Shown here one piece after another: positions 57,770-64,000 of a stretch of DNA of 64,000 nucleotides. Below the pieces are notes generated by a model that saw only the letters and a list, made by a program, of their open reading frames with translations, ran no database searches and had not been told where the DNA came from. The stretch's first letter is position 1, and the number at the start of each line of letters is the position of its first letter. The stretch is from Bacteroidota bacterium (lineage in GTDB: Bacteria; Bacteroidota; Bacteroidia; JAFLBG01): NCBI GenBank assembly GCA_017303975.1, contig JAFLBG010000008.1:30855-94854 (forward strand). The letters run 5' to 3'. Both the position numbers and the translations under genes were made by a program.

Positions 57770-58696
57770 ATGAAAAAGCAAATAATAATAGCAGGTTTAG
57801 TTGTACTTACAGCTCTTACTGCAAAAGCGCAACAGCAAGCACATTACACCCAATATATGTACAATACTATTTCTGTTAACCCTGCTTATGCAGGAAGCAG
57901 AGGAGCATTGTCACTAGGTTTGCTGCACCGCAGCCAATGGGTTGGATTAGCAGGAGCTCCAACATCGCAAACATTTTTTGCCCACACACCTTTAAAAATA
58001 ATGAACATGGGTTTGGGCTTGTCTGTGGTAAATGATAAAATTGGTCCTGTTAATGAAACAAATGTTAATGTAGATTATTCATACAGCGTTCGTTTCAACG
58101 AAAACAACACGTTAGCTTTCGGAGCAAAAGGAAGTTTAAATTTATTCCAACCACAGTTGGCTGGAGTAAAAACAATTGCAGGAAACGATCCCTCTTTTGT
58201 AAACAGCAATGTAGAGCGAAGCATAAAACCCAATATCGGATTTGGAGCCTATTACTACACAAAGCATTGGTATTTGGGATTGAGCAGTCCTCATATGTTG
58301 CAAACAAAAGTTAAAACTTCTACTATTTCTGCACAACAAACAGCTTTAGAAAGAAGACACTACTTTGCAATTGCAGGTGCTGTAGTGCGCATAACCGATG
58401 TAATAAAACTAAAACCTACTACCTTGGTTAAGATAGTAAAAAATGCGCCAGTGTCTATTGATGGAAGTTTAGAAGCCTTGTTTTACGATCAATTAGGTGT
58501 AGGATTAATGCACCGTTGGAAAGATTCTTTTGGCGCATTGTTAAACTATAATATTACTAAGCAGTTTTGGGTTGGTTGTGCATACGACTTTACAATTACA
58601 CGATTGAATAAAGTAAACAATGGAACTTTCGAGTTAATGCTTCGTTACGATTTTGTTTACAACCGTTACAAATACAAATCTCCAAGATACTTCTAG
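57770..58696 (+). CDS. PorP/SprF-family type IX secretion system membrane protein
   Basis: 308 aa from ATG 57770. Signal peptide, then QQQAHYTQYMYNTISVNPAYAGS....LHRSQWVGLAGAPTSQTF, the PorP/SprF N-terminal signature. Beta-barrel-like alternating pattern to the C-terminal F. Confidence 0.8.
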   Translation: MKKQIIIAGLVVLTALTAKAQQQAHYTQYMYNTISVNPAYAGSRGALSLGLLHRSQWVGLAGAPTSQTFFAHTPLKIMNMGLGLSVVNDKIGPVNETNVNVDYSYSVRFNENNTLAFGAKGSLNLFQPQLAGVKTIAGNDPSFVNSNVERSIKPNIGFGAYYYTKHWYLGLSSPHMLQTKVKTSTISAQQTALERRHYFAIAGAVVRITDVIKLKPTTLVKIVKNAPVSIDGSLEALFYDQLGVGLMHRWKDSFGALLNYNITKQFWVGCAYDFTITRLNKVNNGTFELMLRYDFVYNRYKYKSPRYF

Positions 58697-58717
58697 TAGA
58701 AAGAACTTAACCACTTT

Positions 58718-60937
58718 ATGAAAACAATAAAACCCTATTTAGTAATAGTATTACTTAGTTTACTGTGCGCTTTTGCTAATGCTCAATCAGCAAAAGAAAA
58801 AAGAGCCGATAAATATTATGAATCTTTTGCATACGTTGAAGCGGCTCGCTTATATGAAAAATTAATAAAGAATAATGTTACAAGTGAGCAAAGTGTAAGA
58901 CGTTTAGCGGATTGCTATTTTAAAATAAAAGACTCTAAGAATGCTGAGATTTGGTACAAAAAAATGTATGACGAAAATAAATTGACTAATGAGGAGTTGT
59001 ACAACTATGCACAGTGTTTAAAAGCAAATGAAAAATATACCGGTGCTGATGCGGTATTGCAAAAATTTTATTCGCTAAATAATAAAGATACCAGAGCAAT
59101 TTCTTTTTCTAACAACAGAGATATTGTAGCAACATTAAAAAATCAAGATCCTTATTTTGAAATAAAGAATGTAGATGGCAACTCTGCATTTGATGATTTT
59201 GGTGCTGTTTTTTATAACGACAAAGTGTTTTTCTCTTCCAACAGAAGTCCGAATCCAACCGTAAAAAATACCTATGTTTGGAATGAGCGTCCTTTCCTTG
59301 ATTTATACATGTCTTCAAAAGACGATAAGCTTAATTTAGTTGATCCGGTTAAAGTAAAAGGAAAAATTAATTCTAAATTTCACGAAGGTCCGGTGTGTTT
59401 TACCAACGATGGTCAAACCATGTATTTCACCAGAAATAATTATTATAAAAAGAAATCAAAAAAATCGACCGAAGGTGTAAATAATTTGCAGTTGTATAGA
59501 GCCAAGATGGTAGATGGAAATTGGAAAGAAGAGAAATTGGCAATAAATAGCAACGAATACAGTGTTGGGCATGCCACCTTAAGCAATAATGAAAAGGTTA
59601 TTTATTTCATTTCGGATATGCCGGGTGGACAAGGCGGGACAGACATTTATAAAGCAGAGCTGAAAGAAGATGGGACAATCGGTACTCCTGAAAATTTAGG
59701 TAACGGGATAAATACAGAGGGTAACGAAATGTTTCCGTACATGGACGAAGATGGAAACTTGTATTTTTCTTCCAATGGTCATGCCGGATTAGGACAAATG
59801 GATATCTTCATGGCTCCGTTTAATAGAAAAGGTGGATTCAGAAAGCTTATCAATCTTGGTATTCCAATCAATTCAGGGGCTGATGATTTTGCTTTTGTGT
59901 TATCTAGAAGCGAAGACAACGGATACGTTTCTTCCAACAGAGATGGCGGAAAAGGGAATGACGATATATATTCAATTCTTCCGTTACGTCCGATACAACC
60001 AGCTTGTATTCTTAAAGGTGTGGCATACGATAACGCTACAAAAAAGCCGTTGGCAAATACAAAAGTTCAATTAAAAGATAAAGCAGGTGTGAATCTTGGA
60101 GAAGTTGTTACCAAAGAAAATGGCGATTATACTTTTGATATTGAACCTAAGAAAGAATATGAATTGGAAGGTTCTAAAGCAGATTATTTAACTCAAAAGA
60201 ATCCTTTTAATACCAATACTTTAAAAGACGGAGAGGAAATTAAAAAAGACTTGTACTTAGATTATGCAATAGCATTAGTAGGAACAGTAAAAGATTTAAA
60301 AACCGGTGCGCCACTTAAAGATGTGGAAGTAACTGTACACGATAAAAACTCCGGATTAATTATTTTAAACGATACAACGGATGAAAATGGCCAAGTAAGA
60401 AAATCAATTCCAACTGCGAAGGTTGGAGATGCCTACAGCTACAAAGTAGATATGGTAAAAAAAGATTATTTACCTAAAACATCCGTGCTTGAAAATAAAT
60501 TTGTTGGTGGCGATAATAAATTTATCGAGTTGCTTGGAAAGCCTGAAGTTGGTCTCGATTTAGGAAAAATGATAGATATTAAACCAATTTATTTCGACTT
60601 AAATAAATCTAACATTCGTCCGGATGCTGCATTAGAATTAGATAAGATTGTTGCGGCCATGAAAGAATATCCGGGAATGGTTATTGAGTTAGGATCTCAC
60701 ACAGATTGTCGCGCTACTAAGCAATACAATATGTCGCTATCCGACAGACGTGCTAAATCTTCTGCTGCATACATTGTATCAAAGGGTATTGAGCAAAGTC
60801 GAATTTACGGAAAAGGATATGGCGAAAGTAAATTGATAAATGGTTGTGCTTGTGAGGGTGCTGTTAAATCTACATGCTCTGAAGAAGAGCATCAATTGAA
60901 CAGACGTACAGAGTTTATTATTGTTAAAATGAAGTAA
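58718..60937 (+). CDS. OmpA-family protein with TPR, TolB-like beta-propeller repeats and CarboxypepD_reg-like domains
   Basis: 739 aa. Signal peptide. TPR-like N-terminus. WD40-like/TolB repeats (EGPVCFTNDGQTMYF, GHATLSNNEKVIYFISD). C-terminal OmpA domain IYFDLNKSNIRPDA...GSHTDCRA...YNMSLSDRRAKS...NRRTEF. Confidence 0.85.
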   Translation: MKTIKPYLVIVLLSLLCAFANAQSAKEKRADKYYESFAYVEAARLYEKLIKNNVTSEQSVRRLADCYFKIKDSKNAEIWYKKMYDENKLTNEELYNYAQCLKANEKYTGADAVLQKFYSLNNKDTRAISFSNNRDIVATLKNQDPYFEIKNVDGNSAFDDFGAVFYNDKVFFSSNRSPNPTVKNTYVWNERPFLDLYMSSKDDKLNLVDPVKVKGKINSKFHEGPVCFTNDGQTMYFTRNNYYKKKSKKSTEGVNNLQLYRAKMVDGNWKEEKLAINSNEYSVGHATLSNNEKVIYFISDMPGGQGGTDIYKAELKEDGTIGTPENLGNGINTEGNEMFPYMDEDGNLYFSSNGHAGLGQMDIFMAPFNRKGGFRKLINLGIPINSGADDFAFVLSRSEDNGYVSSNRDGGKGNDDIYSILPLRPIQPACILKGVAYDNATKKPLANTKVQLKDKAGVNLGEVVTKENGDYTFDIEPKKEYELEGSKADYLTQKNPFNTNTLKDGEEIKKDLYLDYAIALVGTVKDLKTGAPLKDVEVTVHDKNSGLIILNDTTDENGQVRKSIPTAKVGDAYSYKVDMVKKDYLPKTSVLENKFVGGDNKFIELLGKPEVGLDLGKMIDIKPIYFDLNKSNIRPDAALELDKIVAAMKEYPGMVIELGSHTDCRATKQYNMSLSDRRAKSSAAYIVSKGIEQSRIYGKGYGESKLINGCACEGAVKSTCSEEEHQLNRRTEFIIVKMK

Positions 60938-61034
60938 TTGTAGATTAACTATTCAACTTTTTAACCCATAATTAATTGTTTTTCAGTTGTTTAAAAGGTT
61001 GATAATTTAATTTTTTCAATTTGCTTTATAAATA

Positions 61035-61042
61035 TATATTTG
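61035..61042 (+). promoter_or_regulatory. Candidate -7 box (TAnnTTTG) for acpP
   Basis: tatatttg ends 26 nt upstream of ATG 61069. Confidence 0.35.
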
Positions 61043-61068
61043 CAGTCTAAATTATATAAACTAAAATA

Positions 61069-61311
61069 ATGAAAACAGCAGAAATCTCAACAAAAGTTAC
61101 ATCTATCATAGTAGACAAATTAGGTGTTGATGCAAAAGAAGTTACTCCACAAGCAAGCTTTACTAACGATTTAGGAGCAGATTCTTTAGATACTGTTGAG
61201 CTAATCATGGAATTTGAAAAAGAATTCAACATTGCGATACCAGACGATCAAGCTGAGAAAATCAGTACAGTAGGTGAAGCAATTAGCTACATTGAAGCAA
61301 ATATCAAGTAA
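61069..61311 (+). CDS. acpP: Acyl carrier protein
   Basis: 80 aa. Phosphopantetheine attachment motif [14 protein letters not shown]. Confidence 0.95.
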   Translation: MKTAEISTKVTSIIVDKLGVDAKEVTPQASFTNDLGADSLDTVELIMEFEKEFNIAIPDDQAEKISTVGEAISYIEANIK

Positions 61312-61335
61312 TTTTTCTCAAAGAAAATTAGCCAC

Positions 61336-62583
61336 ATGATCTTAAAACGAGCAGTCGTTACTGGGCTTGGTGCAATTACTCCATTAGGAAATTCTGTAAC
61401 AGAATTTTGGGAGTCTTTGTTATCCGGCAAAAGTGGAGCAGCGCCCATAACTCGATTTGATGCATCCAAGTTTAAAACTCGCTTTGCATGCGAAGTAAAA
61501 GGTTTTAAGCCAGAGGATTATTTCGAGCGAAAGGATGTGCGAAAGTTAGATGCGTATTCTCAATACGGCATTGCAGCAGCTCATCAAGCAGTTGTAGATT
61601 GTGGCTTAGACCTTACTAATTTTAATCACGATAGAGTGGGTGTTATTTGGGGCTCGGGAATTGGTGGGTTGGATACTTTTCTTACCGAAAGTATTGGATT
61701 TGCAAAAGGAGACGGTACCCCAAGATTTAATCCTTTCTTTATTCCTAAAATGATTGCAGATATTTGCTCAGGGCATATATCTATGCGATTTGGCTTTAGA
61801 GGGCCTAATTTTACTACCGTTTCGGCATGCGCATCTTCAACCAACGCGCTTATAGATGCTTTTAACTATATTCGTTTGGGTAAAGCTGATATAATTGTGG
61901 CTGGTGGTTCAGAAGCAGCAGTTAATGAAGCCGGCATTGGTGGATTTAATGCTATGCACGCACTATCCGAGCGAAACGACTCTCCGGAAACAGCTTCACG
62001 CCCATTTGATAAAGACCGCGATGGTTTTGTATTGGGAGAAGGTGCGGGAGCGTTGATTGTAGAGGAGTTGGAGCATGCTTTAAAACGCGGTGCAAAAATA
62101 TATGCAGAAATTGTAGGTGGTGGAATGACTGCAGATGCGCATCATCTTACGGCTCCTCATCCAGAAGGATTAGGTGCGATTAATGTGATGAAACAAGCAT
62201 TACAAGATGCCGAAATGTCTGCTGACCAAATTGACTATATCAATGTTCATGGTACATCCACTCCTCTAGGCGATATTGCCGAAACAAAAGCAATTGTAAC
62301 TGTGTTTGGAGAGCATGCCTATAAACTAAACATAAGCAGCACCAAATCCATGACAGGTCATTTGTTGGGAGCTGCAGGTGCAATAGAGGCTATTGCTAGT
62401 GTGTTGGCGGTAAAGAACGATGCCATTCCTCCTACAATTAATCATTTTACAGACGATCCTGAATTAAATAATCAATTAAACTTAACCTTTAACAAAACCC
62501 AGAAACGCACCGTTCGCGCTGCCTTAAGTAATACTTTTGGATTTGGCGGACACAATGCATCCATTATTGTAAAAAAATATTGA
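61336..62583 (+). CDS. fabF: Beta-ketoacyl-ACP synthase II
   Basis: 415 aa. Active-site Cys context TVSACASS, His motifs DAHHLTAP and NVHGTSTPLGD, GHLLGAAG, and C-terminal SNTFGFGGHN. Confidence 0.93.
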   Translation: MILKRAVVTGLGAITPLGNSVTEFWESLLSGKSGAAPITRFDASKFKTRFACEVKGFKPEDYFERKDVRKLDAYSQYGIAAAHQAVVDCGLDLTNFNHDRVGVIWGSGIGGLDTFLTESIGFAKGDGTPRFNPFFIPKMIADICSGHISMRFGFRGPNFTTVSACASSTNALIDAFNYIRLGKADIIVAGGSEAAVNEAGIGGFNAMHALSERNDSPETASRPFDKDRDGFVLGEGAGALIVEELEHALKRGAKIYAEIVGGGMTADAHHLTAPHPEGLGAINVMKQALQDAEMSADQIDYINVHGTSTPLGDIAETKAIVTVFGEHAYKLNISSTKSMTGHLLGAAGAIEAIASVLAVKNDAIPPTINHFTDDPELNNQLNLTFNKTQKRTVRAALSNTFGFGGHNASIIVKKY

Positions 62584-62589
62584 TAGGTT

Positions 62590-63309
62590 TTGTTTAAACG
62601 TTTATTTTCAAAAACATCTGCAAACGAAAAAATACTTAGAGAAAAGCTGAAAAAAATTTTAGGTTTTTCCCCTAATGATATTTCTATATATCAATCTGCA
62701 CTTAAACATATTTCAACTGCCGGAAAAAGAGAATCGCAAAAAGGACAGCGAGATAGCAACGAACGCCTGGAGTTTTTGGGCGATGCTATTTTAGGCTCGA
62801 TAATTGCCGATCATTTGTTCAAACTTTTTCCTGATAAAGATGAAGGTTTTTTGAGTAAAATGCGCTCCCGCATTGTGAGTAGAAATTCGTTAAACCAGTT
62901 GTCTACCACCATTGGATTGAGTGAATTGGTAGAAGTGAGTGTGCGTAGGGAAGAAAGTGTGGATATTTACGGAAATGCACTAGAAGCATTGGTAGGCGCT
63001 GTTTATTTGGATAGGGGTTTTGTGAAGTCAAGAGATTTTATTCTCAAAAATTTAGTTGATAAGCATATCGATATTAATGAAGTTGTAACTACAGAGGATA
63101 ATTACAAAAGCAGAATTATTGAATGGGGTCAAAAGAACAAAAGACAAGTATTGTTTGAGTTGGTAAGAGAGGAAGGACAAGGATTGGATAAATTATTCTA
63201 TATACGAGTAAAAGTAGACAACCAAGTGATGGCTGAAACCATGAATAGATCCAAGAAAAAAGCAGAACAACTTGCTGCGGAGATTGCTTCCTTTAAATTG
63301 GAAATTTAA
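62590..63309 (+). CDS. rnc: Ribonuclease III
   Basis: 239 aa. RNase III signature ERLEFLGDAIL. C-terminal dsRBD (KSRIIEWGQKNK...KKKAEQLAAE). The TTG start is forced by TGA and TAG codons immediately upstream. Confidence 0.9.
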   Translation: MFKRLFSKTSANEKILREKLKKILGFSPNDISIYQSALKHISTAGKRESQKGQRDSNERLEFLGDAILGSIIADHLFKLFPDKDEGFLSKMRSRIVSRNSLNQLSTTIGLSELVEVSVRREESVDIYGNALEALVGAVYLDRGFVKSRDFILKNLVDKHIDINEVVTTEDNYKSRIIEWGQKNKRQVLFELVREEGQGLDKLFYIRVKVDNQVMAETMNRSKKKAEQLAAEIASFKLEI

Positions 63310-63397
63310 ATATATGTACAATGTAATAGGTACAATGTATTATGCCGTTAAGTTTTAACTATTATCAATATTGTAACTTGTACGTTGTAATTCTTCC

Positions 63398-63814
63398 ATG
63401 AATAAATTCAAACTTGAAATAGATTACGATTACGATTTTTTTTTGGCGGGGATTGTATGTCATGAGCCTGATTACAGGATTTCTTGGGCTATCAATAAGA
63501 AATTTAATTTACAACTTGTAAAAGATAAGGATATCGAAATTCATACCAAGTCAAATTCTGTATTTCATTTTTCACTGTTTTCGTTTGTAGATGAGTTGAA
63601 TTATAAAGAGTTTTTTTTGGTTCGCAATAAGTGTGGAAGAAAGAATTTAATTCCGGAGCAAAAGCAAATGGACTTTTTTTTGCTTGTAAAAGGTTCGATG
63701 TCCAAGGAAAACGAGAAAGAATTAATTAAGGATTTAATTGAAATTCCTTTTGTATTAATGGCGATGGCTGTGCCTGTGAATGCCTTGCCTTCTAAACAAA
63801 ATCTAATTTTTTAA
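63398..63814 (+). CDS. Small conserved hypothetical protein, probably the IPExxxVDY-family protein found next to rnc in Bacteroidota
   Basis: 138 aa. Contains LIPEQKQMDFFLLV (IPE-x4-DF), which resembles the family name motif. The call rests on memory of gene context. Confidence 0.5.
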   Translation: MNKFKLEIDYDYDFFLAGIVCHEPDYRISWAINKKFNLQLVKDKDIEIHTKSNSVFHFSLFSFVDELNYKEFFLVRNKCGRKNLIPEQKQMDFFLLVKGSMSKENEKELIKDLIEIPFVLMAMAVPVNALPSKQNLIF

Positions 63815-63825
63815 TAAAGAATGTT

Positions 63826-64000
63826 ATGTTTTTAAAAGTGGAACACATTGGTATAGCGGTAAAAAATTTGAATGAAGCAAATACCTTAATAGCAAAGCTG
63901 TTTGATAAAAATTTTTATAAGCAAGAGTCGGTTGAGCGGGAGAGCGTTACCACTTCTTTTTTTCAAATTGGAGAAACTAAAATCGAGTTGTTAGAAGCCA
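63826..64000 (+). CDS. Methylmalonyl-CoA epimerase / VOC (glyoxalase) family protein, 5' part truncated by the window end
   Basis: MFLKVEHIGIAVKNLNEANTLIAKLF...SVTTSFFQIGETKIELLEA matches the typical epimerase N-terminus (..HIGIAV.. ....K.ELLE). The ORF continues past the window edge. Confidence 0.65.
   Translation, partial: MFLKVEHIGIAVKNLNEANTLIAKLFDKNFYKQESVERESVTTSFFQIGETKIELLEA

Noticed and set aside
63316-63339. Direct repeat gtacaatgta x2 (14-bp period) in the rnc downstream spacer as a regulatory site
   Set aside because: The repeat is short and AT-rich, occurs once, and has no associated regulator. It may simply be part of the promoter region of the next gene. There is not enough evidence to call a feature.
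1-64000. CRISPR arrays, rRNA genes, IS elements, integrases and prophage genes
   Set aside because: I saw no regularly spaced direct repeats in non-coding DNA. All tandem repeats are coding (PKD and DxDxDG arrays). No transposase-, integrase- or phage-like translations appear in the six-frame track.

Overview
This is a low-GC chromosomal segment that looks Bacteroidota, probably a Flavobacteriia-like gliding or T9SS-bearing lineage. The pointers are several type IX secretion C-terminal sorting domains, a PorP/SprF gene, TAnnTTTG-type -7 promoter boxes, bshA, and exbB-exbD-tonB. All calls come from reading motifs in the supplied translations and DNA; no searches were run.

Housekeeping genes that are well supported:
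- asnS, panD, gap, acpP-fabF-rnc, dprA
- mrp/apbC plus nifU-like
- one tRNA-Val(TAC)
- cytochrome c peroxidase, bshA, exbB-exbD-tonB

Accessory content:
- A C39-peptidase ABC exporter with an HlyD partner sits at the left edge. Its cargo gene is probably upstream of the window.
- A compact type II restriction-modification pair (HTH-fused C5-methyltransferase and a convergent endonuclease, with 15 bp of 3' overlap) is flanked by unusually long ORF-free DNA.
- An aldehyde dehydrogenase, a membrane-anchored CN-hydrolase and a secernin-like Ntn-hydrolase form a trio of unknown pathway.
- Six predicted T9SS cargo proteins take up about a quarter of the window. Four carry the type-B (gliding-associated) CTD. 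They include a tandem pair of ~975-aa paralogs with a shared unassigned Cys-containing N-terminal domain, a 13-ish PKD-repeat protein, and a 1271-aa Asp-rich calcium-repeat protein followed by porP/sprF and an ompA-family gene.
- An ion/stress cluster runs NhaD, Crp/Fnr, DUF389, GNAT-nitrilase, Usp, MscS, SLC13.

Anomalies worth a second look:
- an in-frame TAG that splits the GNAT/CN-hydrolase gene
- an A8 homopolymer that takes a DUF3592 gene out of frame with its natural ATG
- a collapsed Usp relic
- a 786-bp-period internal duplication in the calcium-repeat protein
- a dispersed small hairpin repeat whose stem covaries between two copies

I saw no CRISPR array, rRNA, transposase, integrase or prophage genes. 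I cannot point to a clearly novel multi-gene system with confidence. The best candidates are the unassigned-domain T9SS paralog pair, the ALDH/CN-hydrolase/secernin trio, and the R-M islet with its non-coding flanks.
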